Sequence record: OL436245.1
DNA length: 64,000 nt
From: Staphylococcus phage vB_SurM-PSU4
Strand: one strand, 5' to 3'
Numbering within the stretch: the stretch's first letter is position 1; each line of letters starts with the position of its first letter. The position numbers and the translations under genes were made by a program. This document shows, in pieces, positions 28,570 to 38,005 of this stretch. Below the pieces are notes generated by a model that made no database searches, was not told where the DNA came from, and worked only from the letters and a program-made list of their open reading frames with translations.

Positions 28570-29175
28570 CTAGAAATTGATAAGTTTTAAAATCTCTAAC
28601 ATTTCTTTATCATTAGGCTCTTCCTCTTTGTTGAAATTAATGTCTAAGTAATAACCATTCTCAACGTTATCATCAATCACTTTTAAGTTATCTAACATCT
28701 TACTTAAGTTATTTTTATTTTTTCTTAAATACTTAATAACTTCAGTACTGTATAAAGAATCTTCTTCGCTTAAGTCACTACCTAAGACTATATATTCAAT
28801 AATAGAACTCATAACTACAGTCTCTCCTGTGTTTTTAAGATTATATCGAATATCTTCAATTGCTTGTCCAATACTATCACTCAATATTGAGGAATAGAAC
28901 TCTGCCTTCTCTTCTATAGGTGAATGTTTACGATATACTGTACCCTCTTCATATTTTACAAAATCACTTTTATTAGCATTTAATAATTTATCCAATGAAC
29001 CATAAACATGTAGTCTTTCTTCAATTGTTAAATGGTCTTCAATTGTTTCATAAAGCTTCATAAAGTTTTCTGTACCTAAAACTCTTTCAACTTCATTAAG
29101 TTCCATAAGTTCATAAGTATCCACTTTATCTCTAGCTTCATCTAAATACCCTTCTAATATTTCTGAATTAGTCAT
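28570..29175 (-). CDS. hypothetical protein
   Basis: ORF. Confidence 0.45.
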   Translation of the reverse strand: MTNSEILEGYLDEARDKVDTYELMELNEVERVLGTENFMKLYETIEDHLTIEERLHVYGSLDKLLNANKSDFVKYEEGTVYRKHSPIEEKAEFYSSILSDSIGQAIEDIRYNLKNTGETVVMSSIIEYIVLGSDLSEEDSLYSTEVIKYLRKNKNNLSKMLDNLKVIDDNVENGYYLDINFNKEEEPNDKEMLEILKLINF

Positions 29176-29374
29176 CCTTTATATCCTCCTTTAGTAATTC
29201 TTGTAAAGGCATACCTAGTATTTTTTCTAGTTTAATTGCATTTGCATTTCTAGGTTTACGTTTACCATTCTCCCATAAAGAAATAGAAGAGTAGTTAACA
29301 CCTATTTCATCTGCTAAAGAACGAACAGAATAACCTTTCTTCTCCCTTACTCTTTTCATTATTTTACTAGCCAT
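29168..29374 (-). CDS. XRE-family helix-turn-helix transcriptional regulator
   Basis: VRSLADEIGVNYSSISLWENGKRKP is a classic HTH_XRE. Confidence 0.65.
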   Translation of the reverse strand: MASKIMKRVREKKGYSVRSLADEIGVNYSSISLWENGKRKPRNANAIKLEKILGMPLQELLKEDIKDD

Positions 29375-29390
29375 AATATCCTTTTCCTTT

Positions 29391-29594
29391 CTAAACTTCC
29401 TCTACACCTTGAAATTTATAATCATTTTTGTTAGCAGAGAATTCGTTTATATATTCTTTAGCTTCCTTAACTGCTTTTGCAGGTGTTGTAGCTTCTATTC
29501 TTAGATAGAGTTTTTGTGTGTTTCTATATAAAAAACAAATTTGATATGTTTTCATTTTGTTATTAAAAACATTCTCTTTTAACCATTTGAACAT
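29391..29594 (-). CDS. hypothetical protein
   Basis: ORF. Confidence 0.4.
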   Translation of the reverse strand: MFKWLKENVFNNKMKTYQICFLYRNTQKLYLRIEATTPAKAVKEAKEYINEFSANKNDYKFQGVEEV

Positions 29595-29604
29595 ATTATC
29601 ATCC

Positions 29605-29844
29605 TTACCTATATTTTGTCACTATACTTTTTAAATAATCATTAGATTTTGTCATGTCTGAAATTAATTGTTGTTTTTGAATTGTAGATAACTTAATACT
29701 ATTTTTAACCAATATCTCAAATTCATGTAAATTTTCCTCTACATCTTTAAGTAAATGTGGATTAGATTTTACAATCTTATTCTCTCTAGCTGTTTTATAA
29801 TTACTACTTAACTCTTTGTATAAATCTTCTACATGATAATTCAT
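29605..29844 (-). CDS. hypothetical protein
   Basis: ORF. Confidence 0.4.
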   Translation of the reverse strand: MNYHVEDLYKELSSNYKTARENKIVKSNPHLLKDVEENLHEFEILVKNSIKLSTIQKQQLISDMTKSNDYLKSIVTKYR

Positions 29845-29943
29845 TTAAATCTCTCCTTTTATTTTATATACTTAGTATATCATAAAGGTTTTTTGTTGTC
29901 AACAAGTATTTAAATAATTAACCCCTATTTTAAGGGGTTAATA

Positions 29944-31587
29944 TTATTCTTCATCCATTGTTTGTTTTTGGTATCCTACTTTATCATCTTTAGGTTGTCC
30001 ATCTTTACCTATTTCATCAGCTTTACCATTAACATCTTCATCTGTACCATCAAGAGGTTGTTTACTTGGGTCTAGCTTACTTGGTGCATCATTACCTAAT
30101 AATCCTTCTTTTTCAGCTTCAAATCTCTCTCTGTTCATATCTTGTCCAATACCTTGGATATATTCAGCTTTAAGGATAACGTCTCCGCCTTCTATAGGTT
30201 CAAGACCTTTTTCTTTACGTGCTTCATTAACTGTTTTGAATGTAGATACTTCTTTAGTTAATATATCTAATTTCTCTTCTTCGGACTTCGTATCCCCACC
30301 AACAAATTGGAAAAGATATTGGTCTCCAAATTCTGCAACTAAATGTTTATTAATTAAATCCTCTAAGAACCTAAGTAAAGGTTGTAAACCTTTATTTTGT
30401 GATTGTTGAAGTTTCTTTTGAGGGTCTGATTCATTTAAAGTATTTCCACCCTTAGAACCTGTAGCTCCTCCTCTATTAGGGAAACCAATCTCAGCAGGGT
30501 CAATACCATATAAACTGGCTATAATATTGATAAGAAAATTCAACCACTTCTCGAACTGCATATCATTTGCAGTTGGTGTCATGTTAACAAAGTTAATATC
30601 TTCAGCACTTACTACAGGAATTTGCCAACTTCCATTGATACCACTTAAACTATTTTTCCATTCACGCTTAAAGTTTTGAAGTGCTCTTTGGGACTGTTGC
30701 TGTCCTGTTTTAATCTGTAAGACACCTCTAGTTGTTCCTCCATGTGAGAAGAACCTATCATTAAAAGACTCAGTATTTATAAAGGCGATTAACTCTCTCA
30801 TAGCTATCTCTACTTCAGACAATCCATAACCACTTGAACCTATATCTGTTCTTGGGTTTCTAATACCCATTGCCATTTCTCTAGAAGTAAAAGCAGCTCG
30901 AACTTGCTTATCTATAACTTGAACGTAACGTTGACCACCTTTAATAATCTCACCTTTAGCATTTGTTCCATAGAATATTGTACTAGGGTCAACTGCTATA
31001 AATTTCTCTAGTTTATTTGTCTTTTTATTAAATATTTTCTCAAAATTAACTTGGTCAAATATATACGTATCTCTAACAATTTTTCTACAGAAGTTTTGGA
31101 ATGTATCTCTATCAATATCTTTATCTTTACCTGTGTTAAGTAAAAATTCTTCTATACGTTTAATCTCTTCTTTTTGTTGTCTACCAGGTTCTTTATTAAA
31201 ATCTCTCATTCTTACTTGGAACCCTAAACCTTTTTCTGAGTATCTAGCAGGTTGACAATACATAGATACTTGGTTTTGTCTCGTAAGTATTACTGAGTTT
31301 AAGATTGGATTACTTCCAAACTTTTTAAGTACATCATGTAAGTTATGTTCTCCCTTAGTATAACTACTCTTATCCCTATATTCAGGGTTTGAATCAAAAG
31401 CAGTTAAAAAAGGTTCTGCATAGGCTTTTTGATTTCCATTTAAAGACTTATTAATATTATTGTCTTTAGCATTTTTCTCTATCTCTCTTATGTTTAGTGC
31501 TAGGTTTTCTTCAGGTAACTCTATATCGTAGTTCTCAGTACCATCTTTTAATCCACCTAACCTTAAAGACTTCCAAAAGTCTGCCAA
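29944..31587 (-). CDS. putative portal protein (547 aa, TTG start)
   Basis: size, strongly acidic C-terminal tail, and position downstream of terL with about five small genes between (SPO1/Twort-like arrangement); TTG start right after the stop of the upstream gene with RBS gtgaggaa; no specific motif verified. Confidence 0.5.
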   Translation of the reverse strand: MADFWKSLRLGGLKDGTENYDIELPEENLALNIREIEKNAKDNNINKSLNGNQKAYAEPFLTAFDSNPEYRDKSSYTKGEHNLHDVLKKFGSNPILNSVILTRQNQVSMYCQPARYSEKGLGFQVRMRDFNKEPGRQQKEEIKRIEEFLLNTGKDKDIDRDTFQNFCRKIVRDTYIFDQVNFEKIFNKKTNKLEKFIAVDPSTIFYGTNAKGEIIKGGQRYVQVIDKQVRAAFTSREMAMGIRNPRTDIGSSGYGLSEVEIAMRELIAFINTESFNDRFFSHGGTTRGVLQIKTGQQQSQRALQNFKREWKNSLSGINGSWQIPVVSAEDINFVNMTPTANDMQFEKWLNFLINIIASLYGIDPAEIGFPNRGGATGSKGGNTLNESDPQKKLQQSQNKGLQPLLRFLEDLINKHLVAEFGDQYLFQFVGGDTKSEEEKLDILTKEVSTFKTVNEARKEKGLEPIEGGDVILKAEYIQGIGQDMNRERFEAEKEGLLGNDAPSKLDPSKQPLDGTDEDVNGKADEIGKDGQPKDDKVGYQKQTMDEE

Positions 31588-31953
31588 TTATTCCTCACTC
31601 CTAACAATCGTTATTGAAGTAGAATTATTAAATGTTCTATTCTTAATATCTTCACTAACATTTATCTTAACTTCAAAGGGTTCTTCGATATAATAAAACA
31701 TCTTTCGACTATTATAAACAATGTCATAATCCTCAAGTTTAATATGATTATCTTTATCTACAAGAATAACTTGATTATCTGTTGTAGCTTCTAATATCAT
31801 GTATTTAACTTTATCTATAGCAATAAATACCGTAACGTGCTTACCACCAATTTGTCTATAATAATCAACAACTTCTATCCAATTATTTTTCATTCCTTGC
31901 TCTTCAATAAATTTTTTAGCTTCTACCCACTTCTTATCTTGTCCGTATGTCAA
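31588..31953 (-). CDS. hypothetical protein
   Basis: ORF. Confidence 0.45.
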   Translation of the reverse strand: MTYGQDKKWVEAKKFIEEQGMKNNWIEVVDYYRQIGGKHVTVFIAIDKVKYMILEATTDNQVILVDKDNHIKLEDYDIVYNSRKMFYYIEEPFEVKINVSEDIKNRTFNNSTSITIVRSEE

Positions 31954-31973
31954 TTTGTAATCACCATTATCTT

Positions 31974-32339
31974 TTAATCTTTTTTATACCATATACTTTC
32001 ATAGTTTTTTCTTTTAACATAATTTATTATTTCTACAATTACGTATCCTACAATTACACCTATAGATGATACAGACATAACAATCCAAATATCAATAAAA
32101 TAACTGTAACGTGATGTATTTGAGACAGTATTTAGAATATCATACCTAATTAATGATGCTGTTTCCCTAAACATTATTGTTAAGTATACTGTTGATACTA
32201 ATATTATAACATAAAATATTGAATCGAACAATATTGTTTGTTTAGGTCTAAATTGAACAATAATTATACCTAAGATAAGTAGAGAAGAAATAAAAGCTAA
32301 AATTGACGTTACTAAGATACCTATATCCATTTTATACAC
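31974..32339 (-). CDS. integral membrane protein (3 predicted TM helices)
   Basis: three hydrophobic 20-residue segments. Confidence 0.5.
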   Translation of the reverse strand: MYKMDIGILVTSILAFISSLLILGIIIVQFRPKQTILFDSIFYVIILVSTVYLTIMFRETASLIRYDILNTVSNTSRYSYFIDIWIVMSVSSIGVIVGYVIVEIINYVKRKNYESIWYKKD

Positions 32340-32399
32340 CTACTTTTTTAAGCTCTATAGTCTAATATATCAACGTTTATAAAATAAAAAAGAAGAGGT

Positions 32400-33716
32400 T
32401 TATTCCTCTTCTTCTTCTTCTTCTGTTTGTTCTTCTTCTGTTTGTTCTTCTTGATATTGTTCTTGAGATTGTTCTGTTTGTTGTTCTTGAGATTGTTCTG
32501 TTTGTTGTTCTTGAGATTGTTCTGTTTGTTGTTCTTGAGATTGTTCTTTAATTGCAGGTTCTAAAGGTACCATTGGAATAACTTCATTAGGTATTACAGG
32601 TTCTAAAGGTACCATAGGTTGTTCTTGAGATTGTTCTGTTTGTTGTTCTTGAGATTGTTCTGTTTGTTGTTCTTGAGATTGTTCTTTAATTGCAGGTTCT
32701 AAAGGTACCATTGGAATAACTTCATTAGGTATTGCAGGTTCTAAAGGTACCATAGGTTGTTCTTGTACTTTATTAGAAGATTCTAAAGTTACATCAGGTT
32801 TTCTATATGGTACATTATTGTCATCTTCAATAGGTTGTTGAGGTTCTATAGGAACAAAAGACTCTGGAACTGTTTGATTATCTGTAGTATCTTGAGGTAC
32901 CGTAGGTTCTTCCACAGGGTCTTGAGGTTCTATTGGTGTGTTAGGAAGAATTGGTTGTTCTATAGGTTTTTCAGATAAATTAGGTTGTTGTACTTGAGGA
33001 ACTTCGGGTGTTATAGGTTGTTGTACTTCTGGTTGTGCTTGAGGAACTTGTGGTTGCTCTACAGATGTAACAGGAGGTGCTTCTCCTTGATTATTACCTT
33101 GTGGTGGAACAATTGGTTCATTTTGTACTTGATTTCCTACAGGGTTACTTTGAGTTGGTTCTGTAGGTGTTGTAGGTGTATTATTAACACTTTCTACAAT
33201 ATCCTGTTCAGAACTATTTAAATCTTTACTATCTCCTTGTATTCCTTCTATAACTTTTTCCTTATCTATCTTATCTAACATACCTTTAGGAACTTCTACT
33301 TTCCCTATTCCGTCATCCCCTTGCACAATTCTAGGTTTATCAATCTTACTATTCTCTTTAATATCTTTACTAATTAGAACTAAGTCATCATACTTAGAGG
33401 AACCTTCATTATATTTATCTAATTGCTTATTCTGTTCTTTGGTACTTAATTCATTAAAACCTTTATAATTTGTTTCCTTCTTAACCTTTTTGATTTCTTC
33501 TTTCGCTTGACTTAATTTCTTAGCATAATTCTCAGAAATTTTATCATCTTTCTTATCTTCTTCTTTATAAATTTCTATTGTTCTTTCTTTTTCTTGTATC
33601 TCGTTTTGATACTCTTTGACTTGTTGATAGAAGATAATGAAACCAATCATAATTAAGATGATAAAGAATATAAAAATATTTAAGATTAAACTTTTACCAC
33701 TCTCTTTATTTTTCAT
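32400..33716 (-). CDS. membrane-anchored Pro/Gln/Glu-rich repeat protein
   Basis: N-terminal TM helix LILNIFIFFIILIMIGFIIF, coiled-coil region, then Pro-rich and EQSQEQQT tandem repeats; DNA tandem repeats at 32455-32770. Confidence 0.55.
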   Translation of the reverse strand: MKNKESGKSLILNIFIFFIILIMIGFIIFYQQVKEYQNEIQEKERTIEIYKEEDKKDDKISENYAKKLSQAKEEIKKVKKETNYKGFNELSTKEQNKQLDKYNEGSSKYDDLVLISKDIKENSKIDKPRIVQGDDGIGKVEVPKGMLDKIDKEKVIEGIQGDSKDLNSSEQDIVESVNNTPTTPTEPTQSNPVGNQVQNEPIVPPQGNNQGEAPPVTSVEQPQVPQAQPEVQQPITPEVPQVQQPNLSEKPIEQPILPNTPIEPQDPVEEPTVPQDTTDNQTVPESFVPIEPQQPIEDDNNVPYRKPDVTLESSNKVQEQPMVPLEPAIPNEVIPMVPLEPAIKEQSQEQQTEQSQEQQTEQSQEQPMVPLEPVIPNEVIPMVPLEPAIKEQSQEQQTEQSQEQQTEQSQEQQTEQSQEQYQEEQTEEEQTEEEEEEE

Positions 33717-33731
33717 TGGGAAACCCTTTCT

Positions 33732-34082
33732 TTATTTAGTATTCCCCATAATATCTTTAAACTCCTTAAAATCAAAACTTTTACTCACTTTAAATATAAC
33801 ATTTATAATCGTTATATTTCCTTTTGAAGTTTTTTCTGTTGTATGCTCTAGGCTTACATTTATACCTGTTTCTTCTTTTCTATTGATTACACCTGCTAAT
33901 TTAATAAAACTTTTAGCTTCTTTTCTTGATTTTTCATCTTCCACAATGTCTACAAGAGGGTCTGAGTCATCAATTAACATATTGGGGATAGGGATAGCGA
34001 TTTCGTTAAATTCATAGTGTGTATCTTCAAAGTTAATCTTCTCAAGTTTCTTTTTCAATGAATCATAAAAACGATTACCCAT
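33732..34082 (-). CDS. hypothetical protein
   Basis: ORF. Confidence 0.45.
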   Translation of the reverse strand: MGNRFYDSLKKKLEKINFEDTHYEFNEIAIPIPNMLIDDSDPLVDIVEDEKSRKEAKSFIKLAGVINRKEETGINVSLEHTTEKTSKGNITIINVIFKVSKSFDFKEFKDIMGNTK

Positions 34083-34572
34083 TATTTCTCTCCTCTAATT
34101 TTTGTTTTATTTTCTCTTCTGCCTCTTTTTCTTTTTGTTCTTTTTCTTCAAATAATGTTTTATCCATAAATGAAATTGTAAAATTATATTCATTACCAGA
34201 TAAAATATTACCTACTGCTGTATCTGTGATTTTAATATTTGAACCTAAAGGTAGTACATTTCCTTTTTCAACTTCTTCTCGGAACTTAACGTTAATCTCA
34301 TAAATATTTAAGTTATTATCAAAAGCTAACTTAAACATTTTATTGTGTTCTTCTGTAGTTAAAGGGTCATTTTGATGACTTTGGAAAAGTAATTGATGAC
34401 TGTAGTATTTCTGTTCTTCTGATTGAGGTGCTTGCCATAATACTTTATATTCAGAATAGAGATTATAAGCTACCTTAGATAAGTTTGTTACAAACTCTTC
34501 AACAGCCTTTTTCTTATTGTCTGAGCCCTTAATTAATGATTCTAATGTGTTATTGTTTAAAACTTTCTCCAT
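34075..34572 (-). CDS. hypothetical protein
   Basis: ORF. Confidence 0.45.
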   Translation of the reverse strand: MEKVLNNNTLESLIKGSDNKKKAVEEFVTNLSKVAYNLYSEYKVLWQAPQSEEQKYYSHQLLFQSHQNDPLTTEEHNKMFKLAFDNNLNIYEINVKFREEVEKGNVLPLGSNIKITDTAVGNILSGNEYNFTISFMDKTLFEEKEQKEKEAEEKIKQKLEERNNG

Positions 34573-34695
34573 AATAATAAATCTCCTTATTTTAGTTTTC
34601 TTTGTATATCTCTTAGTTTATATTCTATTTTCCCTTTTCTTTTAAGTTGTAATAGGTTTTTAAATAGAGTAACTAAAAAGATTAGTACAAAACCT

Positions 34696-34724
34696 ATTAT
34701 ACACCCAAATAATATCAATGTCAA
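34696..34724 (-). promoter_or_regulatory. sigma-A-like promoter (minus strand)
   Basis: reverse complement reads TTGACA-17-TATAAT. Confidence 0.55.
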
Positions 34725-34744
34725 CCGCCACCTAAATTTTTCCT

Positions 34745-34778
34745 TTATAAAAACCGTAAGCCTTAAACTTACGGTTTA
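34745..34778 (-). terminator. rho-independent terminator after terL
   Basis: hairpin aaaccgtaag...cttacggttt with a T-run on the minus strand. Confidence 0.55.
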
Positions 34779-34781
34779 GTT

Positions 34782-35575
34782 TTAATCATCTAAAAAGAAT
34801 TCGTTATTGTCTTCATAACTTGTGTTAATGAATACAGAATCAAATTCATTTTCATTATTTTTAATGTATAAGTCTTCTAGACGTGATAGACCAATTCTCG
34901 CATATATACTTGCTTGACTATAATGGTCATCACCTTTTCTCTTGATTACTTGATACATTTCTTCTGTCTTGCTATCTTCTTCATCTCTGATGACCACATT
35001 TTGCCAATGTTTAAGAAGTATAGCTTTATCATTATCATTTTCTTGGTAAATTCTTATTCTACCTGTTTTTAAATCTTGGATATAAATTTTGTTCTGCATC
35101 AATTTATCTACAGTAACAATATTTGAATTCTCGTTAAACACAGGTTTAATTTGTCCAGTAGATTTAGGAGATGATTTGTAAGTACAACCAAACACAATAT
35201 CTTCACCGAAGTATTGTTGGAGTCTTAGTAAGTTGTTTCCTGAATCTCCTGTATCTGCTACAATAATATCTGGGTTATACTTAGAAAATTCTACACGTAT
35301 TTTTTCTATATCCGATTCAACCATGTTAGGGTTTTTATTTCGTTTAACATTAAATAACCTAATGAGGTCTATCTTACCATCTTCAGTCATTCCATGAATT
35401 GTACAATAATGAATATTACCCCAATCCACTGATGCTGCGATAAATTTATAATCCCCTCTATTAAACATTTGTTTCTTAGCAATAGGAGATTGGTTGTTGT
35501 AAATATCTTCTTGTAATACTTTCATCTTCTGGTCTTCGTATGGAAACGTTACTACCGTCACTTTCGTGATATTTA
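34782..35575 (-). CDS. terL: terminase large subunit, last exon (C-terminal nuclease domain)
   Basis: IAASVDWGN ... IIVADTGDSGNN ... KGDDHYSQASIYARIG resemble the RNase H-like nuclease motifs of large terminases (Asp strand, DDxxxAxxxA tail); the 5' boundary is set by intron core 35581-35708. Confidence 0.6.
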
Positions 35576-36115
35576 TATACGGACTAGACTATATCATATT
35601 CCTTATTTTTGACTAAGGAATCTCTACTTTACAGGTCGTTAACCTTCTCTTATAGTTCTACCTTACCTCATTTAGTAAGTTACCTATAAACTTAGTCGTT
35701 AGGCATTTATCTACTTTGTAGAATTTAGCAATTGATTGCCCTCATCTTTACATGTTAGGGGTTTCCAATTTTAGTAGAGTTATTCGATATACATTACTGT
35801 ATAAAGGGGCTATCCCGCTAACCCAGCGTGTAGTTGTAGAACAATTGAGTTGATTCAGTATTCATTTCTTTTTCTTTTAATTCACTAGCTGAAATCCAAC
35901 ATTTTTTTGTTACGATTGAGTTCGTTATTCTCAACCTTCTATATATCGCTATATAAGTTCAGACTATATCTTTACCTTATCAAATGAGACTTAGGTATCC
36001 TCTGTTTCGTGCTACTTAGCACTACTAATTAGTCGTTGCACGTTCTCTTATTACAAGAGCTTCGCTCATGATTATCTCTAATGAGAGACTTCCCATGAAT
36101 TAAAAGGACTTCACT
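35576..36115 (-). ncRNA. group I intron (ORF-less) in terL; boundaries approximate
   Basis: minus-strand sense has an R-like element aaatgcctaacgactaag (plus 35691-35708) and an S-like element atgatatagtctagtcc (plus 35581-35597), forming P7 gacta/tagtc; no ORF inside. Confidence 0.55.
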
Positions 36116-36118
36116 CTA

Positions 36119-36500
36119 TACATTTCTATATAGAGGGGCTTGGTTAACCGCATTTAGCTGTGAAATAAAATAACCTCTTGTTCCTTTTCCACCTTTAGTT
36201 CTTTCAGGATACTTACAGTGCCATTCTCCGTTATACCATCTATCTAGAAGTTTACCACATTTTTGACAAACAAATTGGTAACTTCCTTCTTGCACTGTTT
36301 TAGCCATTTCGTCAACACCTTCAGGATTGACTAATAGGATATTTCCACTCTTCTCTAAGTTATCTGGGTCATAGTCTTCATAACTCATTTCATTTAAGTA
36401 ATCACAATGTGTACATCTATGACCATAATACCATTGGTCAGATTGCATATAGAGTTTATGAATTCCCATATTTGGAGTCGTCTTCAACATTACTATTTTC
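36119..36500 (-). CDS. terL: terminase large subunit, internal exon (contains Cys-rich zinc-ribbon-like segment)
   Basis: ORF bracketed by two intron cores; HRCTHCDY ... CQKCG ... WHC. Confidence 0.45.
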
Positions 36501-36502
36501 AT

Positions 36503-37691
36503 AATAAAATGGACTATCTCATAATCCTTAGTTTTGGTTAAGGATTCTCTGCTTTACGATTTTATAAATAACTAAAAATAACTTCTTTTATTTCTTCATC
36601 TGTATAAGTATAGGGTATTCTTAATAAATCTATATTATTTTTTTCAGCATAATTATTTTTAATATTATCTCTTCTTTGTTGGTCTTTCAATTTTTTAGCC
36701 CCACCAAAAAATTCTACAGGTTTACTATGCTGAATTCCATCATATTCTATAAGAAGGTTTTTACTAGGAATATAAAAATCAAAAGGTAAGTATTTACCTC
36801 TAACTTTTAAATCTTCATATACTTTTTGTATTTCGTAAGTAACTTTATTATCTTTTAGAACTCTCTCTACTTTTCTCTCACCCTTAGATTGTTTACAAAA
36901 AGGACATCTATTACCATTTAAAAAATCTTTAGGTGTAACATAGTAATCAGAACCACAACCTTTATGATGAACAACAACATTTGACCTATTATTAATATAC
37001 TCAGATTTTAAAATAAATTCACCCTCACCTTTTTGTAATACCTCTTTTTTAAATTCCTCAGTAGTTTTTCTTCTATTACCAAAACAATAGGGGCATCTAT
37101 TACCTCTTAAGAAATCTTTAGGTGTCATATCAAAAATATTATCACATTTGAAATGTTTTATTTTTATCTTAGTAGTGCTTCTTCTATACTTTGTTAGTTG
37201 TTGATACTCTTCTTTTGCTATTTCTTTGAATTCTTTTTCAAAAATATAAGGATTTTTTCTTGTTGTGTTACATGAACATCTTCTATTATCATAGAAAAAA
37301 TGATTGGGTGTTGTTGTGAATATCTCACCACAATCAGTATGGAAAAAATCCATATTTACGTTACCTTTTATATATTCTGATTTAACCTTGTATTCTTCCC
37401 CTACTTTATTATACAATCTTTCTTTTATATCTTCTGTAGTTACTTTTTTAGTCATTTAAATCATCCTCTTATTAATATTTTATTCAATTATAACAAATAA
37501 ATATTAATAAGTCAATGATTATTTAAAATCTTTTATCTGATTCTACCTTACTCCTTTTAGTAAGTTACTCAGAAATTTAGTCTCTAGGCATTTACAAGTA
37601 TATAACTTGATTTAGCAATTGATTGTCTACAGCATTATCTGTTTAGAGTTTCCAATTTTAACAGAGTTTTTCAAAACAAATTACTTTGTTA
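36503..37691 (-). ncRNA. group I intron in terL carrying an endonuclease ORF; boundaries approximate
   Basis: R-like aaatgcctagagactaaa (plus 37576-37594) upstream of the ORF and S-like gagatagtcc (plus 36511-36520) downstream of it, so the ORF sits in the P8 loop region. Confidence 0.55.
36562..37455 (-). CDS. intron-encoded endonuclease: N-terminal CxxC zinc-ribbon repeats plus C-terminal Vsr/DUF559-like PD-(D/E)XK domain
   Basis: repeated modules ending RCSC, RCPYC, RCPFC; C-terminus FDFYIPSKNLLIEYDGIQHSKPVEFFGG ... NIDLLRIPY matches the DFY...IE.DG..H core of Vsr-like endonucleases. Confidence 0.6.
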   Translation of the reverse strand: MTKKVTTEDIKERLYNKVGEEYKVKSEYIKGNVNMDFFHTDCGEIFTTTPNHFFYDNRRCSCNTTRKNPYIFEKEFKEIAKEEYQQLTKYRRSTTKIKIKHFKCDNIFDMTPKDFLRGNRCPYCFGNRRKTTEEFKKEVLQKGEGEFILKSEYINNRSNVVVHHKGCGSDYYVTPKDFLNGNRCPFCKQSKGERKVERVLKDNKVTYEIQKVYEDLKVRGKYLPFDFYIPSKNLLIEYDGIQHSKPVEFFGGAKKLKDQQRRDNIKNNYAEKNNIDLLRIPYTYTDEEIKEVIFSYL

Positions 37692-38005
37692 AGCCCCACG
37701 ATTTAACATAGGGGTACTCCAACGTCTTATAACCTTGAAAGGTGAACTTGACATTGATTCCATTGCTGATGATTCTGATGATGAAGGTACTCTATCATAT
37801 TCATCCAGTGACAAATAATCAATATCCACACCTTCTAAAGCTTTAGGTGTAGAACTTGTTCTAAAGAACATACTTGAATTTCTTATTTGTTTATATTTTA
37901 ATGAGTCATTATCTTGGTTAATGATGCTTGCAAAATAAGGTTGTTGCAATGTAGGGTTTATCCTACTTTGTACGAATTTCTGCATTTGGTCACTGGTCAT
38001 TTTTA
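37692..38005 (-). CDS. terL: terminase large subunit, internal exon (Walker B-like DIDYLSLDEYD)
   Basis: ORF bracketed by intron cores; hydrophobic run then DE, typical of a terminase ATPase Walker B. Confidence 0.45.

Noticed and set aside
32455-32770. CRISPR-like tandem repeats
   Set aside because: The repeats are in-frame coding repeats of a Pro/Gln-rich protein, with no spacer structure.
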